Positions 11,275-22,262 of a DNA stretch of 64,000 nucleotides are shown here, piece by piece. The translations under genes were made by a program, and so were the position numbers. Positions within the stretch are counted from its first letter, which is position 1. Every line of letters begins with the position of its first letter. This DNA comes from Promethearchaeota archaeon (GTDB lineage Archaea > Asgardarchaeota > Lokiarchaeia > Sigyniarchaeales > SOKP01), in assembly GCA_016839555.1 (NCBI GenBank), contig JAEOUA010000011.1:247905-311904 (forward strand), in the 5' to 3' direction. A model generated the notes under the pieces. The model did not search any database, was not told the DNA's origin, and saw only the letters and a list, made by a program, of their open reading frames with translations.

Positions 11275-11483
11275 TTCAAAATTTCTAGTCTGTCTTAGAA
11301 GGAAATAAAAAGTGAACAAGAAGAGAAAAATGATTTAATTATTTTTTTTCAGTCAGTTAATTTACAATTAAGACACAAATTTCTTAAAAAGTCTATATAG
11401 AAAGAATATAAAAACCACTAAAATTTATTTTTATTTAGAAAATTTAGAAAATTGTAACTAAAATAATAAGTGATGAATTCAGA

Positions 11484-12704
11484 ATGGTGTTTGAATATAC
11501 CTCATATAAAGATGTAGATTTGAAAGGAAAGAAAATTCTCATTAGACCTGATATTAATAGCAATATAGATGTAGAAAACAATACTATACGGGAATCTCCG
11601 CGCATACAAGCTCTAGCTGAAGCATTAGAAGAATTTAAAGAATGTGCTGTGGTAATTATGGCCCATCAATCTCGCCCAGGAGATAAAGATTTTACTTCTC
11701 TTAAATTACATGCGGATGAATTAAAGAAATATACTGATCTACCAGTAAAATTTGTTGATGATATTTTTGGAGAAAAAGCCATCCAAGCTATAAAGGATTT
11801 AAAAATCGGTGAAGTCTTAGTTCTTGATAATGTGAGAAAATGGGATACAGAAAATGAATTATTTGATGATTTCTCAGAAGCTGAAAAAACGGAAATGATT
11901 CAAACTTTAGCTCCTCTATTCGATTATTTTATAGCGGATGCATTTGGTGCGGCTCATAGAGCCCAACCTTCTATCATTGGATGGCCCTCTTTAATTGCTG
12001 GACCTACTGTAGTTAAAGAATTTGAATATATGACTAAAGTTTTAGAAAATCCAGATAGACCTTTAACAATGCTGATTGGTGGAGCCAAAGCAATTGACAA
12101 ATTTAAAGCAATGAAATATAATTTTGAGAATGATAGACTGGACTATGCTTTATGCGCTGGCTTAACTGCTGTGTTAATTTTTGAAGCTATTGGAATAAAT
12201 ACAGGAAAACCAAATAAAGATGCTATCGCAAAGGATTTAGCTAAAGCAAAAGATGAAATTGTTAAAACATATGAAAAATTCAAAGAAAAAATAATTTTAC
12301 CAAAAGATTTGGTCATAGTGAAAGATGGAGAAAGAGAAAATATTGAGATCAATAAAGTAGGTGAATATAATGAGGTTACGGGAGATATCGGAAAAGAAAC
12401 TACAAATGAATTTGAAAATATTATCCGAAAAAGCAAGGTCGTCATAGCCAATGGTCCACCAGGCATTTTTGAGAAGGAGGTGTTCCGAAAAGGTACCAAG
12501 GAAATGGCAGAGGCAATGGCAAAAGCAACAAAAGAGAATGATGCCTTGACAATCATCGGCGGAGGCGAGTTTGGAACCGCAGCGGAGATGTTTGGATATT
12601 CAGATGAAATCTCCTTTATCTCTACTGGCGGTGGAGCAATGTTAGAAATCCTTAGTGGAATTGATGTCCCTTTAGTAAAAGCCTTAAGAGAAAAAAAACC
12701 ATAA
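11484..12704 (+). CDS. pgk: phosphoglycerate kinase
   Basis: RPDINS, AHQSRP, DAFGAAHRAQPS, GGAK, NGPPGIFE, ISTGGGA. Confidence 0.96.
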   Translation: MVFEYTSYKDVDLKGKKILIRPDINSNIDVENNTIRESPRIQALAEALEEFKECAVVIMAHQSRPGDKDFTSLKLHADELKKYTDLPVKFVDDIFGEKAIQAIKDLKIGEVLVLDNVRKWDTENELFDDFSEAEKTEMIQTLAPLFDYFIADAFGAAHRAQPSIIGWPSLIAGPTVVKEFEYMTKVLENPDRPLTMLIGGAKAIDKFKAMKYNFENDRLDYALCAGLTAVLIFEAIGINTGKPNKDAIAKDLAKAKDEIVKTYEKFKEKIILPKDLVIVKDGERENIEINKVGEYNEVTGDIGKETTNEFENIIRKSKVVIANGPPGIFEKEVFRKGTKEMAEAMAKATKENDALTIIGGGEFGTAAEMFGYSDEISFISTGGGAMLEILSGIDVPLVKALREKKP

Positions 12705-12892
12705 TTTAAACTATATTCATTTTATTTTCTTTATTATTTTGTTTGATAACATTAGAAACTAGATAATATTTTTTACAATAAATTAGTATATATAAATTAA
12801 TACAAACCTTTTTTGTACCTAATCCCTTACAGTGTCTAATCCATAGTTGAATATATTTAGGTATTAATAAAAAATCGAAGGTAAGAGATATA

Positions 12893-13678
12893 GTGAAAAC
12901 ATTAATAGTATTAATAACAATAGGTATAATTGTTATAATTGGTGCATTAATCTATTTTGTTAGGTTTGTTCGTTCTATTATAAAATCCAAAAAATCAGTT
13001 ACCATAGTGGGCAGTGATGGTTCTGGTAAATCAAGTTTAGCAAAAGCATTACTTCTAGAATTTGAAAAAATGGGTTATTCAGCAGGAATTATTCATCTTC
13101 CCCGTTATAAAGAAGCAGGGGGATATCCCGCATTCTTTGGAAAATATATCTATGGTTTTTTCTCTGAGCTAGCAGAAAGACTAAAGAGTAGAAAAATGAA
13201 AATTTTTTCGCTCATTTATAATGGTTTAGCCCTTTTAACCCCCATTTCTAAATTAATTATGATTTCTAAAGATATTATTATTCATGAACGACATTTAAGA
13301 ATAGATAGCGTTGCTATGTCCTATTATTATGCTCCAAATGCGTTCCTAAATTCTCTTGCATCGGTTTTAACCCGTTTAGAGTCTCAAAAACCCAGTTTTG
13401 TAGTGTTTGTAGATCTTAATGATCCTCATTTAGCTTATCAAAGGATTAAAGATAGACTCCTACTCGATAAGAAATATCCTCATTTACATGAAAAATCTCT
13501 TAAATTATTACGACTATCTCAAAAAAGATATAGAGAGATCATAAAAAAAATACAAACCGGTAAAACCACTATAATTCGAATAAATGGGAGTAATCCCATC
13601 ATGTTTAATGTTTACTCCGTTATTGAAACTCTTAAGAATTTAAATTTTTTAGACAAAAATAGAAAAGAAATAGAGTAG
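12893..13678 (+). CDS. membrane-anchored P-loop kinase (thymidylate kinase-like)
   Basis: N-terminal TM helix, Walker A GSDGSGKSS, IHERH (DR-like motif), AYQRIKDR lid. Confidence 0.7.
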   Translation: MKTLIVLITIGIIVIIGALIYFVRFVRSIIKSKKSVTIVGSDGSGKSSLAKALLLEFEKMGYSAGIIHLPRYKEAGGYPAFFGKYIYGFFSELAERLKSRKMKIFSLIYNGLALLTPISKLIMISKDIIIHERHLRIDSVAMSYYYAPNAFLNSLASVLTRLESQKPSFVVFVDLNDPHLAYQRIKDRLLLDKKYPHLHEKSLKLLRLSQKRYREIIKKIQTGKTTIIRINGSNPIMFNVYSVIETLKNLNFLDKNRKEIE

Positions 13679-14034
13679 ATCCTTTTTTCATTATAAAATC
13701 TTTGATTATAAATTTTCACTTTTTTTTAAAGAAAGGAAAAAAAATTGTAATTTTTAATTAGGAAACCCTCTATTTCATTGAGATTAGTATCCATTTAAAA
13801 GAAAAGTTTATATATGTACTAAATATAATAATTATAAAAAATATAGTTTTTTTATTAATTTACCTGTGAGTCTTAAACGATTAAACAGGAATTTTTGAGA
13901 GCAAAAATTATCTATAATTCAATGAATAATAAGGGATTTAAAAATTAATAAGGGAAAACTACATATAATTAAAAATAATTCAATAATTCTATCATATAAA
14001 TGATTTAGTTAAACATTAAAGAAAAAAAATAGTT

Positions 14035-15417
14035 ATGAAAAAAATTGAATTAGTTTATAGGACAATAGGAGAAAGAACTTCAGATATAGCATTAAACTTC
14101 GCAATTAAGAATATTAATCCTTATAAGATCCATATTATGGAAAACATCAAACCTTTTGCCAAAGCGATGGAAAAAATTTTGAGCATAGATTATGAAGGTG
14201 ATTATATTGTTTTTATGGATGCTGATTGCATAATTATGGAAAATTTGCAAGAATTTTTAAAAAACAATAATCACGCATATGTTGATTGCTTTATAATGGA
14301 TAAATTTAGAGGAACAATTCATACGGGAGTCCATATCACGAGAAGGGATGTGGTTGAAGAAATGAAAAAAATAGAAATCTCTCCTGATGATATTAAATAT
14401 GTTTTACGACCTGAATCCAGAATTAGAAATATTGCATTAGAAAATTTAGGAGAAAAAAAAGCCTTTAAAAAATTTAGGATTTTCCATGATTTTTTTCAAT
14501 ATTATCGAGATATTTTCATAAAATATGCGATTAGAGAATTACGAAGTCGCTCTAAATATAAGAAAGAGAAATTAGAATTCTGTATGACTAACTGGCGTAA
14601 TAATGACCTTGATTATGTGCTAGCAAAAAAAGCTGTTAAATTTACTAAAGAGAAAATACCTATTGGGACTCACGCTAAGCAAATCGCAAAATATATAGAA
14701 AAGCTTCCCAACTTTGCGGATCAACAGCTGACCAAGCTTAATATCATGGAAAAAAAACCTCTAGAACTGCAAGAAGTATTAGATTTAAGAATAGCCTATA
14801 ATACGCTGCCAGATCCAAATTCGGATAAAAAGATATTTTGTATTGGGCTTAGTCGAACAGGTACTAAAAGTCTTACAGTTGCTTTATATATTCTTGGATA
14901 TAATATAATCCATTATCCCAGCGATGAACAAACCTTAAAAGATCTAATAGAGGGAAATTATAATTTCAGCGTTCTTAAAGATTACGATGGCATTTCAGAT
15001 ATAACTGTTTCCTCTTACTTTGCTCAGCTTCACAAGCTTTTTCCAAATAGTAAATTTATACTTACTGTAAGAAATAAAGAGGATTGGCTTCGATCTTTTC
15101 AAAAACATTGGAGTGACAGACCTCCTTTCGAAGATCCTACACAAAATGAAATCTATATGAAAGTGAGAAGATTATTAAGAGCAAGCGTATATGGGACTTA
15201 TAAATTTAATAGAGATAGAATGTCTTATGTATATGATCTCCATAAAAAGAATATACTTGATTATTTTAAGAATAAACCTCGTTCATTGTTAGTACTGAAT
15301 ATTTTTAATAAAAAGGCTTGGAAAAAACTCACCAAATTTCTTAATGTGCCAAAACCTAAGAGCTTTCAAGAATTTCCAAATATTAAATCTAATGAACGGT
15401 TATTTCAAATATTATAA
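14035..15417 (+). CDS. GT-A-like domain fused to a sulfotransferase domain
   Basis: FMDAD (DxD) in the N-terminal half; IFCIGLSRTGTKSL PAPS loop and KFILTVR in the C-terminal half. Confidence 0.75.
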   Translation: MKKIELVYRTIGERTSDIALNFAIKNINPYKIHIMENIKPFAKAMEKILSIDYEGDYIVFMDADCIIMENLQEFLKNNNHAYVDCFIMDKFRGTIHTGVHITRRDVVEEMKKIEISPDDIKYVLRPESRIRNIALENLGEKKAFKKFRIFHDFFQYYRDIFIKYAIRELRSRSKYKKEKLEFCMTNWRNNDLDYVLAKKAVKFTKEKIPIGTHAKQIAKYIEKLPNFADQQLTKLNIMEKKPLELQEVLDLRIAYNTLPDPNSDKKIFCIGLSRTGTKSLTVALYILGYNIIHYPSDEQTLKDLIEGNYNFSVLKDYDGISDITVSSYFAQLHKLFPNSKFILTVRNKEDWLRSFQKHWSDRPPFEDPTQNEIYMKVRRLLRASVYGTYKFNRDRMSYVYDLHKKNILDYFKNKPRSLLVLNIFNKKAWKKLTKFLNVPKPKSFQEFPNIKSNERLFQIL

Positions 15418-15450
15418 AATCGATATTAAAAAATTTATTTTAGGATTTTG

Positions 15451-16320
15451 TTAAATTTTTTTTTTTTTATATTTTTCATCCTTTAATAATTTTTTATTAA
15501 AATCCCTTGCTTTTTCATTAAAAAGTTTAAGAATTGCAGGATCAAGTTCTTTTTTCCATCTTTGATCATATTTTATTTGAAGCGGGTGGTCCTTATAATA
15601 ATATTTATTCCGTTCACTTAGTTTAATAGGCGTGTTAGAGCTTTTTTCTTGTTGTGCTTTAATAATTAATGACTGTGTGCCAATGTTCCCTCCTAGAGGA
15701 TGATGCTCATATTGATAAAACTTTAGCATTGAAGGTTCAAATTCAATATTCAACAAATTTGTAAGAGATTTTACTGTTTTCTTAGGATTTAAAGCAAAAT
15801 TTTTATATTGAATTTTCATTTTTTCTCCCTGAAAATTTTCAAAAATTTGATTTGTTTTTTTAATATGAATAATCCAATCATCAATAACTTGTGAGGGATC
15901 CGAAGTTTTATATTTTCTCAATCTGGAATTAATAACACCTCTTCCATCTCTAAATAAATATATAAGATATGATCTAACTAATTTCTTTTTCAAATTTATT
16001 ATTTGTTTTTCCAACCAACTAATATTTTTAGTAGAGTCGATAATGATAGGTTTTTGAGTTCTTAATGAAAGTTGCTTATATAAATCTTTAATATCATCAA
16101 TATAAAAATCACGCCAAATTGGACAATCCTTCCCACAGATTTTACATGTGGTATCTTTGTGAGCATTTTCTAAGTGAAGAAACTTTATTTTATTGGTCTC
16201 ACCAGCATAAAAACAATGTGAATGGCTACCTAGGATTAATCCTAATAAAGTACTTCCAGAATGGGGTGCTCCGCATATAAAACAAACCTTTTCATTCCTC
16301 ATAGGTATGTTTGAATTCAT
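15451..16320 (-). CDS. sulfotransferase
   Basis: GAPHSGSTLL PSB loop, IIDSTK, LFRDGRGVINS. Confidence 0.85.
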   Translation of the reverse strand: MNSNIPMRNEKVCFICGAPHSGSTLLGLILGSHSHCFYAGETNKIKFLHLENAHKDTTCKICGKDCPIWRDFYIDDIKDLYKQLSLRTQKPIIIDSTKNISWLEKQIINLKKKLVRSYLIYLFRDGRGVINSRLRKYKTSDPSQVIDDWIIHIKKTNQIFENFQGEKMKIQYKNFALNPKKTVKSLTNLLNIEFEPSMLKFYQYEHHPLGGNIGTQSLIIKAQQEKSSNTPIKLSERNKYYYKDHPLQIKYDQRWKKELDPAILKLFNEKARDFNKKLLKDEKYKKKKI

Positions 16321-16475
16321 CCATTTTTCTTTTAAACAAATCAGATAAATTATTTTATATTGATGATTCTAAGTTTATGTTATTTTTAACGTATATAAAT
16401 AAGTTGATAATAATATCTTTTATTATGAATTTTAAGAAAAGAAATTATCTATTTACTCTCTTATTTTAGGACCTA

Positions 16476-17006
16476 TTATGCATCTTCTAAAGAATACATT
16501 TCGGGTAAATTTCTATATTTTTCTTTATAATCAAGTCCATATCCTACAATAAATTTATTAGGTACTGTAAAACCTAAATAATCTATCTGCACTTTCCTTT
16601 TTCTGCGAGAAGGTTTGCTTGTTAATGCACATAACCTTATTGAGGATGGATTTCTTTTTTCTAAATAATTTAATAAAGATGTAATTGTAATTCCCGTATC
16701 TATGATATCTTCTACTATTAATAAATCTCTATTTTCAATATTAATATCTAATCCCTTAATAAATTTCACGTCGCCCGAAGTTTTAGTATCATTTTCATAG
16801 CTAGATAATTCAACAAAACAAATTTCTATGTTTATTAATAATTGGCGTATTAAATCAGCTATAAATACAAAAGATCCTTTTAAAACCCCAATTAATAGTG
16901 GTATTTTATTTTGGTAATCTTTATTGATTTTTTTAGCCAATTGGCTAACCGTAACAGATATCTCTTTTTTTGATTTAAAAAGTTTAAGATTAATTTGTTT
17001 ATTCAT
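16476..17006 (-). CDS. hpt: hypoxanthine phosphoribosyltransferase
   Basis: GVLKGSFVFIADL, LIVEDIIDTGIT, FIVGYGLDY. Confidence 0.95.
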   Translation of the reverse strand: MNKQINLKLFKSKKEISVTVSQLAKKINKDYQNKIPLLIGVLKGSFVFIADLIRQLLINIEICFVELSSYENDTKTSGDVKFIKGLDINIENRDLLIVEDIIDTGITITSLLNYLEKRNPSSIRLCALTSKPSRRKRKVQIDYLGFTVPNKFIVGYGLDYKEKYRNLPEMYSLEDA

Positions 17007-17197
17007 AATATTTGCTTATCTGTGAAAAATAAAACTAAAATAAAAAATATGGTGTTTATAATTTTTAAATATTATAAAAAGAGCTTATATTTAAGATTGA
17101 TTGTGATTTATGCATTGATTTCTAAATAAAACGAATTTAAAAGAAAAATTTATATAATTGATATTTCAAGCGAATAATAAGAGTATTATGAATTAAT

Positions 17198-17464
17198 TCA
17201 CTGTTTTTTTTCCTTCTTTCGCCGTCTTTTTGAAAGTATAAAAGCTATAATGATTAATATAATACCTAGTAGGAGAAATGTCATTGAATTTAATACTTCA
17301 GCAGCTTCTGCTCTCCAAAAAATGTCAGAAGGAACATTTTCAGGCATAAAACCTTGGATATAATGAAAGTGCAATTCACTGATAAATGAAAATATGAATA
17401 AAAAAAGTCCCGAAATTAAAATGACTTTCTCAGCAGTGGTAAAATAATTTTTGTTAGAATTCAT
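17198..17464 (-). CDS. small two-TM membrane protein
   Basis: Two hydrophobic helices and a basic tail. Confidence 0.6.
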   Translation of the reverse strand: MNSNKNYFTTAEKVILISGLFLFIFSFISELHFHYIQGFMPENVPSDIFWRAEAAEVLNSMTFLLLGIILIIIAFILSKRRRKKEKKQ

Positions 17465-17745
17465 ATAATCATATTAAATTCATATAGATATAAACATTCC
17501 TATATTAAGTTATAAATTTTCATCATTTGAAAAATTATTTCTTCTGAAAATTATTTTATACGAACTTTTTAATAAAAATACTTCTTATTTCATAGATTTA
17601 TATCTTTTTTTATCTGTACATGAAAAATATAGTATTTTATTACTCCGTCTATTAATGATTTTACTCTATATTTATTTCTCGATTTTAGATAAATTTTTTT
17701 AAAAAGTATAAATTATAGTATTCATAAAAAATGTTTTAAAGCTTT

Positions 17746-17818
17746 GGGCCGATGGTCTAGCTGGTATGACGCTTGCTTGACGTGCAAGAGGTCGTGAGTT
17801 CAAATCTCACTCGGCCCA
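17746..17818 (+). tRNA. tRNA-Val(GAC)
   Basis: Acceptor stem GGGCCGA/TCGGCCC, anticodon arm CTTGC-TTGACGT-GCAAG, T-loop GTTCAAATC; CCA not encoded. Confidence 0.97.
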
Positions 17819-17846
17819 TTTCTAAATCCATATATAAAATTTCAAA

Positions 17847-18308
17847 ATGCCTTTAAGAATCCGTTGGAAATCTAAAGAAAATATCGGTATTGCCCTTATG
17901 CTGGTTGGAGGATGTGGATTATCTCAAGCTATGTTTATTTTAATTGGACAGCTATTTTTAGGGGTAAATAATTATTTTGTTATGATTATTATTCCAATTG
18001 GAATTATAATTGCAACATTTTATGGGACAATTATTATTTATGAAAATTATGCCCAAATAAGAAGACGAGAAAAATTAAGAAGTCAATTTCAAGCTCAAAG
18101 GGAAAAAAATGCATTTAAAAAATTTATAAATTTCCCCATTACAAAACCTCTTTTAATTATGAGTTCTGTATTCATATTATTTTTCATTATTTTTTATTTA
18201 ATTTTGAACATTTTTCTTGAAGGACAATTATCATTTGTATTTTCAGAGACTTTAGCAGCGACAATCTTTTTATTAATCTGTAATGTGATTGAAAGATATT
18301 ATGCTTAA
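17847..18308 (+). CDS. four-TM membrane protein
   Basis: Four hydrophobic segments. Confidence 0.7.
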   Translation: MPLRIRWKSKENIGIALMLVGGCGLSQAMFILIGQLFLGVNNYFVMIIIPIGIIIATFYGTIIIYENYAQIRRREKLRSQFQAQREKNAFKKFINFPITKPLLIMSSVFILFFIIFYLILNIFLEGQLSFVFSETLAATIFLLICNVIERYYA

Positions 18309-18640
18309 AATTAATAGATATGAGATTCTTCCTCCTTAGGTTTAAAATTGATAATTCCATATTATTCATCGGACGTTTATCAACCATAAAAGAGTCTAAA
18401 AATTTTTCTATTCAATATTAAATCTATAATAAAACTACTTTTAGATGAAAAGTTCTAATTTAAAATTCAAACTTTCAAAAAACTAAAGATTTTTAGAAAG
18501 AAATAAATATAAGAAATCCGTAAGAAAAAAACCTTTATTTTATGAACCATTATTGAAAAAAATAAATTTAGATTTCAAAAAAAAAAATTTTTTACTTGAA
18601 AAATGTTTAAAATATTTTAAGAAACTAAAATTGAAAATGA

Positions 18641-19468
18641 TTGAATATGAATGAACAAGAAGAGAAATTATTGCTTGAAAAAAAGGGAAAAATTGCATAT
18701 ATTACAATAGACAATCAAAAGAAGAAAAATGCTATAGAAGTCCCAATGATTTATAAGTTCCTTGATTATCTCGATGATGTGGATAATGATCCAAAAATTA
18801 GATGCCTAGTTATAAGAAGTGCTGGAGATAGTGTTTTTTGTGCAGGATGGGATTTAGCAATGTTCCAACCAGGAAAAACGGAAAATATTGATATTCTGCT
18901 TAAAGATGGATCAAAAATCTCCAAAAAAATTCATTTATTGAAGAAACCAGTTATTATGCAAATTCAAGGCTCAGCTGTAGGAACGGGTACAATTATAGCA
19001 TTAGCTGCGGATTTTAGATTTGTAGCTAATAGAAAGGATATATTTTTTCAATTACCAGAATTGATTATAGGACCAGGAATTTTTCCTGCAACGGGTCCAA
19101 CTGTAGGAGCAGTGAAACTTTTGGGAAATGCGAGAGCAAAAGATATGCTATTAACAGGTCGGAGAGTTTTTCTTGAGGAATTCAATTCTTGGGGAGCTAT
19201 TAGCCGAGTTATAAACCCACCGGAAGAATTACCGAATGCTGTCATAAAATTCGCCAAAGATCTTTCCAAAAAGCCAGCAGAATTATTGATTCTTACAAAG
19301 AATGCGATTAATAGAATGTCTATGCGCTTATTAAATGAATTTTATAAACTTGAAAATGAGATGGGAAGATATTATTTCAATGGTCTCGAAGGTAAAAAGA
19401 GAGAGGAAATTGATGAATTTCTTGAGAAAATAAATATAAATTATTCATCATTAAATAGTGGAAAATAA
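18641..19468 (+). CDS. enoyl-CoA hydratase/isomerase family protein
   Basis: FCAGWDL, KKPVIMQIQGSAVGTG, ADFRF, LPEL. Confidence 0.9.
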   Translation: MNMNEQEEKLLLEKKGKIAYITIDNQKKKNAIEVPMIYKFLDYLDDVDNDPKIRCLVIRSAGDSVFCAGWDLAMFQPGKTENIDILLKDGSKISKKIHLLKKPVIMQIQGSAVGTGTIIALAADFRFVANRKDIFFQLPELIIGPGIFPATGPTVGAVKLLGNARAKDMLLTGRRVFLEEFNSWGAISRVINPPEELPNAVIKFAKDLSKKPAELLILTKNAINRMSMRLLNEFYKLENEMGRYYFNGLEGKKREEIDEFLEKININYSSLNSGK

Positions 19469-19821
19469 CTGAATATTACAACTGGAAAGATTATTTATCT
19501 ATTATGATAATAAACGTAATAATAAATTAAAATCGACTTTTAGAAATTTTTTATTTTTATTATTAAAAATATCTAGCTCACAAGAAAATATTTAGATATA
19601 TGAAATTCATTAATTCAAAATATAAAGAAGAATAATAGCAGGGATAAGAAGATTTAAAACCTTTGAGTTTATTAATATTATTAGATTTATTGATAATTAA
19701 TTTTGATTTTTTCAAAAATATCTTTAATAATAAATTTGTATTTTAATAGACTATAAACCAAATTAAAAGAATAATTATTCATCAGACTCATAAAAGATAT
19801 ATTATAATAAATTAAATCAAA

Positions 19822-20667
19822 ATGAAAATAGAAATTCGCTGCCCAACCTGCAGCAAAATAGGTTTTATTGAAGTTTCCGAGGATAAACTTAAAGATGTAT
19901 CACGGGGATTATTAGCTATAAATATATCAGAAAATATTGTATGTAAACATTCTTTTGTGGCTTATATTGATAAAAATTTAGAGGTTCGGGATTGCTTCCA
20001 AGCAGATTTTCAGATTGAAATCCCGGTACTGGAATCGGCAAAACCTGGAGAGGCAGAAGAAGCCTTTGAGAAGGAAAAATTTGATTTAATATTAATAAAA
20101 TTGAATTTTCCAGCAACTTCAATAGCTTATTTATTAAAAGGGATTTTATCTAAACAGAAATTAGCTATTATAAATGACCAAAAATTCTTAGAATCTCACT
20201 TAAGAAATTTTATAGAATCCATTTCAGAGGGGACTTTTAAGCCGCATGTGGAAATAATTCCCCGAGAAATCTATATTAATAATAAGAAAAATTATGCTGA
20301 TTATGTTATATTGGACGAAAATAAAATAATTCAAAATGAAGAGCGCGTATTAAATAATAGCGAATTAAATGTTGAAAGAACTATTGTTCAGAAATTTTTG
20401 TTGGAAATAGATGAAATGGCCAGTTTTATTATTCTTAGAAATGAGCTTGAAAAAGCATACTCATTAGCAAATTCAATTACCGAATTAATTAATAATTTCG
20501 AGGGGAAAGAACTTCAATCAAAAAAAATTATTGATTATCTAGTCAAAAAACATAATATCGATATCAAAATTCCTTATCTCAACTTTTTATTAGCTATTGT
20601 ACAGAATTATTTTGGCATTGAGGTTCCAAGAAGTTCAGAAGTCGGAAATTTCTTGGGATTTTTGTAA
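19822..20667 (+). CDS. hypothetical protein with N-terminal Zn-binding module (Lokiarchaeia-type family)
   Basis: CPTC...CKHSFVAYIDKNL..RD. Confidence 0.7.
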   Translation: MKIEIRCPTCSKIGFIEVSEDKLKDVSRGLLAINISENIVCKHSFVAYIDKNLEVRDCFQADFQIEIPVLESAKPGEAEEAFEKEKFDLILIKLNFPATSIAYLLKGILSKQKLAIINDQKFLESHLRNFIESISEGTFKPHVEIIPREIYINNKKNYADYVILDENKIIQNEERVLNNSELNVERTIVQKFLLEIDEMASFIILRNELEKAYSLANSITELINNFEGKELQSKKIIDYLVKKHNIDIKIPYLNFLLAIVQNYFGIEVPRSSEVGNFLGFL

Positions 20668-20907
20668 AAATTAAGAGAAGTTTCTTATTTCCTTTTTATT
20701 TGCATTTTATTATTTATAAAAAATAAAAAAAGTAAAACTTAATTCGTGAAACGTCTCTTTCACGTTACTTTAGATAGACCCAGATAATATTGAATTTTTT
20801 AAAGTAAGATTTCAAGTGAAAAAATTTAGATTTGAGATGTTCTACTATGTTGAAGTTCCATTCTACTATATTAAAAAAATTTTGATACTGAAGAGGAAAA
20901 AGAAAAG

Positions 20908-21007
20908 TGCGCCCGCCGGGGTTCGAACCCGGGTCACGAGGAATTTACAGAATAACTATAAGTCTCTTCCTTGGCAACCTCGCATACTGCCACTATACTA
21001 CGAGCGC
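20908..21007 (-). tRNA. tRNA-Gly(GCC) with a 29-nt canonical intron (20943-20971)
   Basis: GCGCTCG/CGGGCGC acceptor, anticodon stem CGAGG/CCTCG, GGTTCGAACCC T arm; BHB with central helix TTGC/GTAA and 3-nt bulges CAA and ATT. Confidence 0.95.
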
Positions 21008-21054
21008 TTAAATACTTGAGCTATACTATTTTGAATATAGGAAAAAATTAAAAT

Positions 21055-22065
21055 TTAATGTAAAATCTTGGAAATATTTTGCATTAAGCTATGACTTTCG
21101 ACAAATTCTTCTAAATCCTCATAGCAATTAGGAACTCCCTCCCTTACACCTGCCTCCTGGCTCTCAAGATACCCCATAGAAGTAGCAACTTTTGCCATTT
21201 GTTGTAATGGAATATTTCTCAAATATGAAACAATTAATCCACTTAAGAATGCATCTCCCGCACCCGTGGTATCTTCTACCTTACCGTCATAGACATCACT
21301 CCTAATAATTGTTTCTCCATCCGATAAATATGAGCCATTTGATCCATCAGTAATCGCAATTATTTCTATTCCCAAATCTGCAAAAGAGCTAATGATATTG
21401 CCAAGATCTTCTTTTTTTGTAAATTCTTTAGCTTCCTCTTTATTTAATGAAACTACATCAGATTTAGAAATTAAGATTTTTGCCCATTTTTCATTATTTT
21501 TAATAATACTCATACTAGGGGCCGCAAAAACGTGTCCATTATGACTTTTTGTAAGCATTATAGCTTTATCAATCGCTTTGCAGGAATCTTCCTTAGTTAG
21601 AGAGGTCCAGGCAAAGACCTTCACATCATCAAATAATTCTTCTTTTATATCATTTGGAGTTAATAAATCATTTGCTCCTTTATACGCAAGAATACTTCTA
21701 TCTTTACCCCATTCTGTTTTTAAGATGATTGAAATCGCGGTATGATCCTCGTTCGTTTTTATAATATTTGATAAATCAACCCCCCGCTTTTCCATATCAT
21801 CCATACATATTTGAGCAGAAAAATCATTTCCCAAAACACCGATATAAGTGGATCTTAATCCTAACATCGCACCATTGCATGCAATGTTCGCCGCAGACCC
21901 TCCTGGTACGAAGCGAACGCTTTCAACATTTAATTTTCTACTATATTCGATAGCAGTATATTTCTTAATTATATCTTTATCAAACAACTCAAACCGGAGA
22001 ATATCTTTTATTCCTAAAATGCAATCGAGTGTACAACTTCCGATTGTTATTAATTCTGGCTTCAT
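21055..22065 (-). CDS. PfkB-family carbohydrate kinase
   Basis: PGGSAANIA, DTTGAGDAF. Confidence 0.92.
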   Translation of the reverse strand: MKPELITIGSCTLDCILGIKDILRFELFDKDIIKKYTAIEYSRKLNVESVRFVPGGSAANIACNGAMLGLRSTYIGVLGNDFSAQICMDDMEKRGVDLSNIIKTNEDHTAISIILKTEWGKDRSILAYKGANDLLTPNDIKEELFDDVKVFAWTSLTKEDSCKAIDKAIMLTKSHNGHVFAAPSMSIIKNNEKWAKILISKSDVVSLNKEEAKEFTKKEDLGNIISSFADLGIEIIAITDGSNGSYLSDGETIIRSDVYDGKVEDTTGAGDAFLSGLIVSYLRNIPLQQMAKVATSMGYLESQEAGVREGVPNCYEDLEEFVESHSLMQNISKILH

Positions 22066-22262
22066 ACTTTTCTATTTAATTTTTAATTGGAATATAATCA
22101 AATTTAAGATAAAATAAGGAATACCCCTAAAAATATTTTTAGAACTAAATAAAAAAGAGTAAAATTAGAGAAAAAATAATTTCAGTTTTCCATATTTACT
22201 TTTATAATTCTCTGTTTTTAAATCTAATTTAAAAAAATGTGTATAATTATTTCCAAAGAATT

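Noticed and set aside
17746-21007. tRNA genes as integration sites
   Set aside because: I found no duplicated tRNA 3' end in the window; the element boundaries map to vps25.
20816-21019. 67-aa ORF
   Set aside because: Antisense shadow of tRNA-Gly.
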